A DNA stretch of 64,000 bases from a virus, in the IMG/VR virus record IMGVR_UViG_3300024344_002756; one strand, 5' to 3'. Below, one piece after another: positions 27,617-37,277 of this stretch (the first letter of the stretch is position 1; each line of letters opens with the position of its first letter). The notes under the pieces are model-generated. The model was not told the DNA's origin. It did no database searches and saw only the letters and a list, made by a program, of their open reading frames with translations. A program made the translations under genes and the position numbers.

Positions 27617-29106
27617 TGACAGAAGAACTTCGCAATCCCGTTGCAGAAAGAGCCGTTCTTGCTGGACTTATTCAGCATGGAAGCGATGCGTTTATTGATA
27701 TCAATGGAACAATAGACGAAAAGTCTTTCACTGTAGAAGAAAACCAAATAGTTTGGTCGTGCCTAAAAAAACTATTTGAAAATTCAGACACGGTTGATTT
27801 GCCAACCCTGTATGGAGCCGCTAAAGCTATCAACCTAGACTCCGTATTTATGGAGAGGGTTCCTAAAGATTATTACAAACGTCTTTCAGCAATAAACGTA
27901 GAACTAAGCAACGTTAAGCACCAAGCATTAACGCTTTGCAAGTTTGATATAGCTAGAGATGTTGATGCTACAGCATCCCAGATACAAAGAAATATCAGAG
28001 GGATCACTGGTGACGAAACAATAAGTCAGATAATAAGCATCGGTGAAACTCCATTCTTTGACTTCTCTGCCAACCTCAACAATCAAATTGAAAACGCCCC
28101 TGTTCACATCGGGGATGATATTGATGAATACATCCAACATTTAATAGACAACCCTTGCGAAATGATGGGTATTAGCACAGGCTTCCCACGTTTCGATAAA
28201 GCTATTGGTGGTGGTTTAAGAAGGGGTAATGTGGATTTGATTGCGGCAAGAGCTAAGGCTGGTAAGAGTCTATTTGCTGATAGCGTTGCGCTGCACGTTG
28301 CTGGAAAGCTGGACATTCCTGTTTTGATGCTCGACACCGAAATGTCCAAAGAGGATCATATTCATCGCTTGCTTGGAAACATAACCGACATTCCAATTAA
28401 TGACATATCTACAGGAAAATTTGGTAAGTCTCAAGGATTGCAAGAAAGAGTCCGTCAAGGCGTAGAGACGTTAAAGAATATACCCTACAAGTACGTTACA
28501 ATTGCTGGTATGGATTTTGATGAGACACTAGCGGTCATGCGACGATGGAAAGAAAGGGAAGTCGGCAGAGACGAGAATGGAAAAACCAAACCATGTTTGA
28601 TTATTTATGACTATCTCAAACTGACCAGTTCCTCTCAGATGAATGATATGAAAGAGTTTCAAGCTCTTGGTTATCAAATGCAAAGCTTGGTTAACTTTAC
28701 AATTAAAGAAAACGTACCATGTCTATCTTTTGTTCAGCTAAACAGGGATGGTTTAACTCGTGAGTCAGAAGATGTAATTAGTGGATCAGATAGGCTTTCT
28801 TGGTTTTGTAGTAGCCTGACTATATTCAAAAAGAAGTCAGACGAAGAGTTAGCAGAAGATGCTGGAGCTAGTGGTAATAGAAAGTTAGTTCCATTGATTG
28901 CTCGTCACGGTGGTGGATTACCCGATGACTTTGATTATATTAATATGAATCTAAATGGCGACTTCGGGAGAATAGACGAGGGCTTTACAAAGTCTGAATA
29001 TGTTTTAGCAAATAAGAAAAAGAAAGAAGGGTTTGATAATAACGTACATAGCGGAGAAGAGGGCTTTACTATAGAGGAAGAGATTGACCCGGAGAAACCA
29101 TTTTGA
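27616..29106 (+). CDS. dnaB: Replicative DNA helicase DnaB
   Basis: AERAVLAG N-domain, STGFPRFD, AARAKAGKS, IIYDYLKL, QLNR, SGSD. Confidence 0.93.
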   Translation: MTEELRNPVAERAVLAGLIQHGSDAFIDINGTIDEKSFTVEENQIVWSCLKKLFENSDTVDLPTLYGAAKAINLDSVFMERVPKDYYKRLSAINVELSNVKHQALTLCKFDIARDVDATASQIQRNIRGITGDETISQIISIGETPFFDFSANLNNQIENAPVHIGDDIDEYIQHLIDNPCEMMGISTGFPRFDKAIGGGLRRGNVDLIAARAKAGKSLFADSVALHVAGKLDIPVLMLDTEMSKEDHIHRLLGNITDIPINDISTGKFGKSQGLQERVRQGVETLKNIPYKYVTIAGMDFDETLAVMRRWKEREVGRDENGKTKPCLIIYDYLKLTSSSQMNDMKEFQALGYQMQSLVNFTIKENVPCLSFVQLNRDGLTRESEDVISGSDRLSWFCSSLTIFKKKSDEELAEDAGASGNRKLVPLIARHGGGLPDDFDYINMNLNGDFGRIDEGFTKSEYVLANKKKKEGFDNNVHSGEEGFTIEEEIDPEKPF

Positions 29107-30167
29107 GAAAGCTTTCAACAAAAGAACTGAAAAAGCTTTCAGACTTGATTGCAGCTAATATAGTACCGATACTTGCTACAAAGTTTAATATAGAAGTTAA
29201 CAACTTTGATGACTATATTTCTTGTGCTTGCCCAGTACATGAAGGAGACAACCCAAACGCTTTCACAATGAACATCGAGGTTGACCATCCTTATTTCGGA
29301 TTGTGGAAATGTTGGACTCAAGACTGTCACGAGGAACATATAAATACACCAGTCGGATTAATTCGTGTCTTGCTTTCTAGAGACCTAGACAAGAACGTGT
29401 CGTTTGACGAGACTGTTGAATACTGCATGAATTTAGTTGAGACTAACTTTGAAGACCTTAATAAAGAATCTGGATCTGTTAGCTTTAGCAATAAATCCTC
29501 CAGTATCCAGAGAGCTTTAGAAAAAAGAGAAAAAAACAAGGCTAAGGGTATATCAAGAAACTTAGTGAGAAACTCTTTAAAAAGACCTGCTGAGTATTAT
29601 TTAAAGAGAGGTTATTCCAGAGAAGTTTTAGATCAGTTTGATGTTGGTGTTTGTGCAGACCCTAACAAGCAAATGCGCAACAGGGTTGTGGCTCCCGTGT
29701 ATGATGATGATTTTAAATGCATGGTTGGTTGTGTAGGAAGAGTAATGCACGAAAACTACAATGGAAGAAAGTGGATTAACTCAAAAGACTTTTATGCTGG
29801 AGCTTGGCTTTACGGCTATTGGTTATCAAGGGATAATATACGTAAAACACAAACTGCAATTCTTGTCGAAGGACAAGGGGATGTTTGGAGACTATGGGAG
29901 GCTGGTATAACAAATGTTGTAGGCATGTTTGGCTCTAGCTTAACAGACACACAAGCAAGAATACTTGAAACATCTGGCGCTTTTACATTAGTATTATTAA
30001 CAGACAATGATAACGCAGGACAAAAAGCTAAGAAGGCTATCAAAAAGAAATGCGAGAGAAGCTTTAATATAGTAGAAATTGACGTTCCAACTAAAGATGT
30101 TGGAGAAATGACCGTAGACCAAATCGTAAAACAAATCAAACCTAAACTACAGGAAACTACAGAATGA
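29103..30167 (+). CDS. dnaG: DNA primase DnaG-like
   Basis: Zn-finger CPVH...CWTQDC; Toprim VEGQGD and LTDNDNAG. Confidence 0.9.
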   Translation: MRKLSTKELKKLSDLIAANIVPILATKFNIEVNNFDDYISCACPVHEGDNPNAFTMNIEVDHPYFGLWKCWTQDCHEEHINTPVGLIRVLLSRDLDKNVSFDETVEYCMNLVETNFEDLNKESGSVSFSNKSSSIQRALEKREKNKAKGISRNLVRNSLKRPAEYYLKRGYSREVLDQFDVGVCADPNKQMRNRVVAPVYDDDFKCMVGCVGRVMHENYNGRKWINSKDFYAGAWLYGYWLSRDNIRKTQTAILVEGQGDVWRLWEAGITNVVGMFGSSLTDTQARILETSGAFTLVLLTDNDNAGQKAKKAIKKKCERSFNIVEIDVPTKDVGEMTVDQIVKQIKPKLQETTE

Positions 30168-30925
30168 CAAATATCTTGGGTATCTCTGGAAGAAAACAAA
30201 GCGGCAAAACCACCTGCTCTACATTTCTACATGGCTATCAACTTAGATTTAATGACATTGTTGAAAAATTCATAATGGATGAGGATGGCAACCTAATCGT
30301 TAATGCGACACAAGTTAACGAGAAGGGCGAAGAGGTAGATGGTATGGGTTTTCTGGACATCGAAAGAAAAGACCCAGAGTTCATAGAATACGCAAGCAGG
30401 ACAGTATGGCCTTACGTGAAATCCTTCAGTTTTGCAGATCCACTTAAAGTGATTGCTATTGAACTTTTTGGATTGACTATGGAGCAGTGTTATGGAACAG
30501 ACGAAAATAAAAACACGCCCATAAATATAAAATGGGAAAACATGCCTAGCTCTGAAGACAAAACTGGATTCATGACAGCTAGAGAATTCTTGCAGTCTTT
30601 TGGCACAGACGTTTGTAGAAAAATTAAAGATAACATTTGGGTTGAAAGCTGTATCTCCAGAATGTTAACCAGTGGGACAGAATTAGCTATAGTTCCAGAC
30701 ATCCGATTTCCAAACGAAGTAGAGGCAATACAAAAAGCTGGCGGTAAAGTTATACGCCTAACTAGATCTCCACACGAAGACTCACATCCAAGCGAAACAT
30801 CATTAGACAACTACGAGGAGTTTGACCATGTGATAGATAATCAAAACATGAATATAGATGAGACAAATATGGAATTAATGAAAAGACTCAGGGAATGGGG
30901 ATGGCTAAAAACCAAAAGCTCATAA
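30164..30925 (+). CDS. Deoxynucleoside monophosphate kinase (T4 gp1-like)
   Basis: GISGRKQSGKTT, FADPLK, REFLQSFGTD, VPDIRFPNE. Confidence 0.88.
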   Translation: MTNILGISGRKQSGKTTCSTFLHGYQLRFNDIVEKFIMDEDGNLIVNATQVNEKGEEVDGMGFLDIERKDPEFIEYASRTVWPYVKSFSFADPLKVIAIELFGLTMEQCYGTDENKNTPINIKWENMPSSEDKTGFMTAREFLQSFGTDVCRKIKDNIWVESCISRMLTSGTELAIVPDIRFPNEVEAIQKAGGKVIRLTRSPHEDSHPSETSLDNYEEFDHVIDNQNMNIDETNMELMKRLREWGWLKTKSS

Positions 30926-31473
30926 GTATACCGTGGGATGCACGGATGGTAGAACAAGCGCAAACAAAAGCAAAGAAACTAGGAAGGATAAACAATTCAA
31001 TATTAAGAGGTGGAGGCAATGCTGCCGGATACCTTGGAGAAGAAGCGGTTGCCGCTTATATCGAAGCGAAAATAACAAGTTGTAATAAAGGTAATGAAAA
31101 ATACGATTATGACATTATCGCTAAAGATGGCCGCAAGATAGAAGTAAAAACAAAAAGAAGAACAGTTGATCCTTTGGATTACTATGACGTTTCCGTTGCA
31201 AAAACAAGCGTTCATCAAAGGCCAGACTTATATATTTTTGTAAGTATTAGTTTTGAAAATATGGCGATGCAGGCAGGAAAACGTGTGTATCGTGGTATTA
31301 AAAATATTTGGATAGTAGGGCAGGCAGAGCCTGAAGATTACTTTGCTAGAGCAAAGATTTGGAAAAGCGGCGAAATTGATAAGAGAAACGGTTTTAAAAC
31401 TCATGTAGATATGTATAACTTGCCCATATCGGAAATTGACCCATTAGATGATAGTTTGTTACCACAGGAGTAG
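30895..31473 (+). CDS. PD-(D/E)xK-like nuclease-fold protein
   Basis: YDYDII...IEVKTK. Confidence 0.55.
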   Translation: MGMAKNQKLISIPWDARMVEQAQTKAKKLGRINNSILRGGGNAAGYLGEEAVAAYIEAKITSCNKGNEKYDYDIIAKDGRKIEVKTKRRTVDPLDYYDVSVAKTSVHQRPDLYIFVSISFENMAMQAGKRVYRGIKNIWIVGQAEPEDYFARAKIWKSGEIDKRNGFKTHVDMYNLPISEIDPLDDSLLPQE

Positions 31474-32461
31474 TAGTCTTGGTACGTTAGAATTTTGTCA
31501 GCAGAAATACTTTTTGCAATACAACCTTTCTTTCAAAGACAAGACCAATAAAAAAGCTTTGATGGGTACTATTACCCATAAGGTTATGCAAACTCTTGGA
31601 GACAAGAAAATTGCAATGAACAAAGGTCTTGATGTAGTAGAAGACGACGAGACCGGCAAAACGCTAACGCTTGAAGAGTGTGACAATCTAGAGTTATTAA
31701 ATGACCTAGCCTTTGATTACTACTCGTCTAGCTTCCCAGAAGTAAACATAACGCAAGCAGACAAACGAACCTGTCTGAAGTGGGCAGAAAAAGCGGTAGC
31801 ATACGAAGGGGGATCTTTAGACCCAAGAAACCAAGAAGTATTTGCGACCGAACTATTCTTTGACTTTGAAATAAAAGAACCTTGGGCGAAATACTCTTAC
31901 GATCTTGGTGGCAAAACAATTGAAGGGTATCTATCAATCAAAGGAACGGTAGACCTAATATTAAAACAGTCCGAAGATTACTATGAGATTCTAGATTACA
32001 AAACAGGAAAAAGAATAGACTGGGCAACTGGAGAAGAGAAGACCTATGAGAAGTTACAAAAGGATACGCAGCTTCTCTTGTATTACTATGCTTTGAAAAA
32101 TATGTATCCAGAGCGTGAGTTTTCAATCAGTATTTACTACATAAATTCTGGCGGTTTATTCTCGATGGCTTTTGACGAAGAAGACTACCAGAAAGCCGAA
32201 GACATACTAAGGAAGAAGTTTGAGCAAATAAGAAATACCCAACACCCCAAACTCCTATCTAATAAAAATGCTCATTGGAAATGCCAAAAGCTTTGTAAGT
32301 TCAGCGAGCCTTATAAAGATACAGGAAAAAGCCTATGCCAACACATACGAGATGAAGTCATAGAGAAGGGTGTAAATCAGGTTGTTGAAGAGTACGGAAA
32401 TATTGAAAAAATTACCACCTACGGTGACGGCGGTGGTAGACTAGCGGATAAGAAAAAATGA
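31448..32461 (+). CDS. Cas4/RecB-like PD-(D/E)xK exonuclease with four conserved-pattern cysteines
   Basis: KGTVDLIL...ILDYKTG, QLLLY; one N-terminal Cys (FCQQ) and three C-terminal Cys (KCQKLC...LC). Confidence 0.82.
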   Translation: MIVCYHRSSSLGTLEFCQQKYFLQYNLSFKDKTNKKALMGTITHKVMQTLGDKKIAMNKGLDVVEDDETGKTLTLEECDNLELLNDLAFDYYSSSFPEVNITQADKRTCLKWAEKAVAYEGGSLDPRNQEVFATELFFDFEIKEPWAKYSYDLGGKTIEGYLSIKGTVDLILKQSEDYYEILDYKTGKRIDWATGEEKTYEKLQKDTQLLLYYYALKNMYPEREFSISIYYINSGGLFSMAFDEEDYQKAEDILRKKFEQIRNTQHPKLLSNKNAHWKCQKLCKFSEPYKDTGKSLCQHIRDEVIEKGVNQVVEEYGNIEKITTYGDGGGRLADKKK

Positions 32462-34371
32462 ATTGGACACCCCTACATTTGCATACACACTACAGTCTCC
32501 TAGATGGCCTCTCAAAGCCCTCACAGGTTGCCTCACGGTGTGAAAAGCTTGGCTTTGAATCCTGTGCCTTAACTGATCACGGCACTATATCGGGCGCTGT
32601 GGCCTTCACACAGGCATGTAGATCTAAAAACATTAAACCAATACTCGGATGCGAGTTCTACCTAAGCCAGCAAGATTGCACAATTAAGTCCGACAAAAAT
32701 AGAAGCCTGAGTCATTTATGCGTATTAGCTAAAAACAGGCAGGGTTGGGACAGCTTAATCCAAGCTGTATCCAAAAGTAACGATGAGGAAAACTTTTATT
32801 ACAGACCTCGTTTAGATTTACAAACTCTGGGACAGTTCGCAAACGATAATCTCATAGCTTTTAGCGGTCATCTTGGAAGCGACTTGGCAAACGCCATATT
32901 TGCCGACCCTAAATCAGCCTATAGCGCACCGACAGAAGACGAAGCCAAAAGATATGTACATCCCGATTGGGTTGATAACGTACTACTGTTAGCAAACAAG
33001 TACAGGGATATTTTTGGTAAAGACAACTTCTTTCTTGAAATTCAAGCTATAGATCAGGAGAACTCGCCTGCTGCAAGTTTGGTTGTTCAGGGTTTAAGAT
33101 ACATAGCCAAGAAATATAAATTCCAAACCGTTGCTACAGCAGACTCGCATTATCCAGAAAAACAAGACGCTGGAGATCAATTACTTCTTCTTTGCTCTGC
33201 AATGAAAACAACCTTGCGAGGAATCAGAAAGAAGCTCAAAGAAAACGGAGATGTTGCCTTTGGTGGGTTCATGAAGTCTAACAACTTCCACATTCCCTCG
33301 CTAGAAGAAATCCAAGCGGTGAATCAACCACATGAAATAGCCAACACAATGCAAATCGCAGATATGTGTGATAGCTATGACATACTTGGAAAACCAATGC
33401 TTCCTAAGTTTAGTTGCCCTCAAGACAAATCAGAAGAAGAACATTTACGACAGCTTTGTAGAGATGGTTGGTTGTCTAGACTAGCCCCAACTGGAAAAGT
33501 AAGTAACCAACAAGCAAAAGATATATACACAGAAAGAATCAAAGCAGAACTAGATGTTATTAGTGATGCAAATCTTGCTGGATATTTTTTAATAGTAAGA
33601 GATATTGTAAACAGCGTTCACGAGAAGAACCATATTCCGGGGCCGGGAAGAGGTTCTGCTGCTGGCTGTTTAGTATCATATCTAGTAGGGATAACGCAAG
33701 TAGACCCAATAGAGTATGGATTAATCTTTGAGAGGTTTTACAACGCAGGTAGAAATACTGATAACCATATCTCTTTGCCAGATATTGATATTGATGTTCC
33801 CGCATCCAAGCGTGATGAAACAATTGATTACATACGAAATAAATACGGCCAAAAAAGAGTTGGCCAAATGGTTACATTCGGAAGACTTCAAGGAAGAAGC
33901 GCTCTTAAAGAAGTTTTAAGAATGAACGAGGCTTGCGGTTTTGATGAAATGAACGCAATAACAAAAAGTCTACCGCATGAACACGAAGTTTCCGACCAGT
34001 TGGCTGAGATGGATGACCCATCAGTAATTAAATGGACTTTAATGAACCAGCCAGAGGTTTTAAGAGGTTATTGCAGGCTTAATGACAAAGGTGAGCTAGA
34101 GGGAGACTATTCAAAGCTCTTTGCTCAGGCCATGCGAATAGAAGGAACTTTTAAATCTCAGGGCAAACACGCAGCGGGTGTTGTTATATCTTCACACAGT
34201 CTGAATGAAGTTTGCCCAATGGTAAGAGACAAGAAGGGTGCAGAAAAGATAGCTGGAATGGAAATGAATGACTTAGAGGCTATGGGGCATGTCAAATTTG
34301 ACATACTTGGTATTTCATTATTAGATAAAATTATGGGAGTTAGGGATCAACTCGAAGATAGCAATGTTTAA
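32458..34371 (+). CDS. dnaE: DNA polymerase III alpha subunit, N-terminal half (PHP domain plus catalytic palm)
   Basis: HLHTHYSLLDG, LTDHG, GCE, ADSHY, GPGRGSAAG, FERF, PDIDID, KHAAGVVI, VKFDILG. Confidence 0.93.
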   Translation: MNWTPLHLHTHYSLLDGLSKPSQVASRCEKLGFESCALTDHGTISGAVAFTQACRSKNIKPILGCEFYLSQQDCTIKSDKNRSLSHLCVLAKNRQGWDSLIQAVSKSNDEENFYYRPRLDLQTLGQFANDNLIAFSGHLGSDLANAIFADPKSAYSAPTEDEAKRYVHPDWVDNVLLLANKYRDIFGKDNFFLEIQAIDQENSPAASLVVQGLRYIAKKYKFQTVATADSHYPEKQDAGDQLLLLCSAMKTTLRGIRKKLKENGDVAFGGFMKSNNFHIPSLEEIQAVNQPHEIANTMQIADMCDSYDILGKPMLPKFSCPQDKSEEEHLRQLCRDGWLSRLAPTGKVSNQQAKDIYTERIKAELDVISDANLAGYFLIVRDIVNSVHEKNHIPGPGRGSAAGCLVSYLVGITQVDPIEYGLIFERFYNAGRNTDNHISLPDIDIDVPASKRDETIDYIRNKYGQKRVGQMVTFGRLQGRSALKEVLRMNEACGFDEMNAITKSLPHEHEVSDQLAEMDDPSVIKWTLMNQPEVLRGYCRLNDKGELEGDYSKLFAQAMRIEGTFKSQGKHAAGVVISSHSLNEVCPMVRDKKGAEKIAGMEMNDLEAMGHVKFDILGISLLDKIMGVRDQLEDSNV

Positions 34372-34594
34372 AAAAGAAGCAAAAAAAGGTTACCGACAAA
34401 GAGTAAAGAACAAGATCGAAAACGGAAGGTACGAGGAGTACAAGGGTCTTTCGATTTGTAAGATAAACGACTATTACCCGCTAATGCACGGTAAAACAAA
34501 ATACCAAGTACATTCGCACTTTTTTAGTAAACTGTATGATGATATTGATATGGCATTAGACAAATTTTTTGAGATTAGAAGGAAAATAAGATGA
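34364..34594 (+). CDS. Hypothetical basic protein between the dnaE halves
   Basis: 76-aa ORF overlapping both neighbours. Confidence 0.65.
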   Translation: MFKKEAKKGYRQRVKNKIENGRYEEYKGLSICKINDYYPLMHGKTKYQVHSHFFSKLYDDIDMALDKFFEIRRKIR

Positions 34595-35274
34595 ATTACA
34601 AGGATATTATTGTCTTTGATTTTGAAACTGGATCACGCAATCCTGATAAAACACAACCCGTGCAAATTGCGGCAGTTGCTATTCACGGCAGGAAGTTGAC
34701 GGTTCAACCAGAGGGCTACTTTGAGAGTCTTATAAGGCCGATATTTGATGACGAAGAGGCTATTGAGCAGGGTCTAGATCCGATTGAAGATGAAGCTTTG
34801 GCTGTTAATGGTAAAACCAGAAAAGAATTAGCAAAAGCTCCATCGGCCAAGACAGTCTGGAAGAAGTTTACCAATTTTGTTAACAGGTATAACTTCAAAG
34901 GGACTCCTTACTATGCACCTATTGCGGCGGGTTATAACATAGTCGGGTTTGATATGCCGATTGTGCAACGTATGTGTGATATGTATGGGCCGGTAGACAA
35001 GAAGACAGGCAAGCAAACACTGTTCAACAAAATCCACAGAATTGATGTAATGGATAGTGTCTGGATGTGGATGGAAAATAATGCCGATGTTAAATCTCTT
35101 AGCATGGATTCAATGCGAGACCTGTTTGGTATGAGTAAAGAAAATGCTCATGATGCTCTACAAGATGTTAAAGATACGGCCAACTTGATGATTGGCTTTA
35201 TGAAATTGCATAGAAGAATTGCGCCAAAAATTAAATTTGAAAAGGCTTTTGCAGATGGAAACCTCCACATTTGA
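34591..35274 (+). CDS. dnaQ: DEDDh 3'-5' exonuclease (DnaQ/epsilon-like)
   Basis: FDFETG (Exo I), GYNIVGFD (Exo II), HDALQD (Exo III). Confidence 0.88.
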   Translation: MNYKDIIVFDFETGSRNPDKTQPVQIAAVAIHGRKLTVQPEGYFESLIRPIFDDEEAIEQGLDPIEDEALAVNGKTRKELAKAPSAKTVWKKFTNFVNRYNFKGTPYYAPIAAGYNIVGFDMPIVQRMCDMYGPVDKKTGKQTLFNKIHRIDVMDSVWMWMENNADVKSLSMDSMRDLFGMSKENAHDALQDVKDTANLMIGFMKLHRRIAPKIKFEKAFADGNLHI

Positions 35275-36847
35275 CATTCTTGAACTTGAGTTTCAAGATA
35301 AAAAAGCTTGGGATTTGATATGCTCAGGAAAGACTAAGGGTGTTTTTCAGCTAGAAAGCAACTTGGGTAAGTCTTGGGCTAAAAGAGTCAAACCAAGAAA
35401 CATAGAAGAGCTTGCTGCTTTAATATCAATTATCAGACCGGGAACATTAAAAGCTATCCAAGATGGCAAATCAATGACCCAGAGATTTGTTGATCGTAAA
35501 AACCTCAAAGAAGATATAACCTATCTTCACCCCTCTCTGAAACCCATACTAAAAGGAACTCAGGGAGTTCTTGTCTATCAAGAACAGTCTATGCAAATCG
35601 CTCAACAGCTTGCTGGCTTCAGTCTTCAAGAAGCCGACAACTTACGTAAAGCGATTGGTAAGAAGAAAGCTGACTTGATGGCAAAGGTTAAAAAGCAATT
35701 TTTAAAAGGGTCGATTGAACAAGGCGTTTTAACTAAAGAAGAAGCAGAAGAGATTTTTAGTTGGATTGAAAAATCTAGTAGATACGCCTTCAACAAATCC
35801 CATGCTGTTTCTTATGCCATATGTGCTTACTGGAGTGCATATGCTAAGGCTCATTATCCATTACAGTTTTACTGCAATTATCTTCTTCATTCTTCTGGAA
35901 AGCCTGATCCACAGCAAGAAGTAAAAGATCTTGTAAATGACGCAAAGAATAATGAGATCTATATAAGCCCACCTTCTATAAAATCTATCAACGCTAGTAC
36001 TGATATTATTGATGGTCATATACACTTCGGTCTTATGGATGTCAAATCTGTTGGCATGAAACAAATAGATAAATTTAAAACCGTTGTTGTTGATATAGAA
36101 GAATCCTTGGATAAGCCCTTGTGTGACTGGTCTTGGCATGAGTTTCTTGTTTTAGTTTCCCCCAATATGAATTCAAGAATGCTCATAGCATTAATATCTG
36201 TTGGGTTCTTTGCTCATCTACCAGAATCAAGACAGCGAATGCTTGACGAGTTTGATACTTGGAGTGGGTTAACAAAAAAAGAACAGGAATGGGCAGTAAC
36301 ACACTATCTTAAATATAATAATCTTATAGAACTCTTGACAGCAATGGCTCCAACAAAAAAAGAAGGAGGAGCTACATTTAACTCAAAAAGATCAGAGATA
36401 ATCAAAGACTTGCTAATTCAGTGTAAAAATCCTTCTTACTCATTAAAAGATGATCCAGAGTGGGTTATAAGAACTGAAGAAAACTATCTTGGCGTTGCTT
36501 TGACTTATTCAAGAATTGAGACTTACGAAACCAATTTAGCGAACACTACAATAAAAGAGTTTTATGATGGCAAGAGAGGTGATGTAAAGATGGCCGTAAC
36601 CATCTCAGATGTAAAAAAATATATCACCAAGAAAGGAAAAATGCAGGGGACAGAAATGGCCTTTTTGTGTGTCGAAGATCATACTGGAACTTTGGATACA
36701 GTAACTGCATTTGCGGAAAAATGGAAAGAGTACAAAAACGTTTTGTACGAAGGTAACAATATTATACTAGTGGGTCAAAACTCTAAAAAGAAAAGATACC
36801 AGCTTGATGACGGCTTTATTATTGAAAGCGTGATAGAACTCAATTGA
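35255..36847 (+). CDS. dnaE: DNA polymerase III alpha subunit, C-terminal half (fingers, HhH, OB fold)
   Basis: TKGVFQLES, IIRPG, GVLVYQEQ, ADNLRKAIGKKK, YAFNKSHAVSYA, MAFLCVED. Confidence 0.93.
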   Translation: METSTFDILELEFQDKKAWDLICSGKTKGVFQLESNLGKSWAKRVKPRNIEELAALISIIRPGTLKAIQDGKSMTQRFVDRKNLKEDITYLHPSLKPILKGTQGVLVYQEQSMQIAQQLAGFSLQEADNLRKAIGKKKADLMAKVKKQFLKGSIEQGVLTKEEAEEIFSWIEKSSRYAFNKSHAVSYAICAYWSAYAKAHYPLQFYCNYLLHSSGKPDPQQEVKDLVNDAKNNEIYISPPSIKSINASTDIIDGHIHFGLMDVKSVGMKQIDKFKTVVVDIEESLDKPLCDWSWHEFLVLVSPNMNSRMLIALISVGFFAHLPESRQRMLDEFDTWSGLTKKEQEWAVTHYLKYNNLIELLTAMAPTKKEGGATFNSKRSEIIKDLLIQCKNPSYSLKDDPEWVIRTEENYLGVALTYSRIETYETNLANTTIKEFYDGKRGDVKMAVTISDVKKYITKKGKMQGTEMAFLCVEDHTGTLDTVTAFAEKWKEYKNVLYEGNNIILVGQNSKKKRYQLDDGFIIESVIELN

Positions 36848-36872
36848 CTCATGCGTACATAACACATATCAT
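36844..36872 (+). promoter_or_regulatory. Sigma70-type promoter upstream of ssb
   Basis: TTGACT (36844-49), 17-bp spacer, TATCAT (36867-72). Confidence 0.6.
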
Positions 36873-36908
36873 TAATTAACGATTGATCCTTTAATAGCAA
36901 GGAAAGCC

Positions 36909-37277
36909 ATGAACACTATCTCAAATTATTGTCGCTTCATTGGCAGGCTAACCGCCGACCCAAAAGTTGTAGAATTCGACAATACATCACTATGTACTTT
37001 TACATTAGCAATTAGTGAATACAGAAAAGAAAAAAACGGTGAGAAAAAGAAAAGCGTTAACTTCTTCGACTTTGAGGCGTGGGACTCAGGTGGAGAAACG
37101 ATAGAAAAGTATTGTGTTAAGGGTGACATTATTGATTTAGTTGCCTCTGCAAGAAATAATTCTTGGACGGATAAAAATGGCAACAAAAGGTTTTCAACAA
37201 AATTCAGAGTCAAAGAATTCAAGCTCTTTAACTCCCCTAGAGAAAAAGAAGTGTTTAAACAAGAACAGTCTAGTTAA
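36909..37277 (+). CDS. ssb: Single-stranded DNA-binding protein
   Basis: GRLTADP, FTLAISE, FFDFEAW, YCVKGD, SWTDKNG; lacks the acidic DDIPF tail. Confidence 0.9.
   Translation: MNTISNYCRFIGRLTADPKVVEFDNTSLCTFTLAISEYRKEKNGEKKKSVNFFDFEAWDSGGETIEKYCVKGDIIDLVASARNNSWTDKNGNKRFSTKFRVKEFKLFNSPREKEVFKQEQSS

Noticed and set aside
34362-34376. TTTAAAAAAG slippery sequence at the dnaE-N stop
   Set aside because: It is not in the X XXY YYZ register for the dnaE-N frame, and a shift would only lead into the 76-aa ORF, not the C-half.
34340-35300. Split intein or protein trans-splicing between the dnaE halves
   Set aside because: No N-terminal Cys/Ser intein block follows the extein, no His-Asn-Cys/Ser C-terminal block precedes the C-half, and the YAFNKSH site is uninterrupted.
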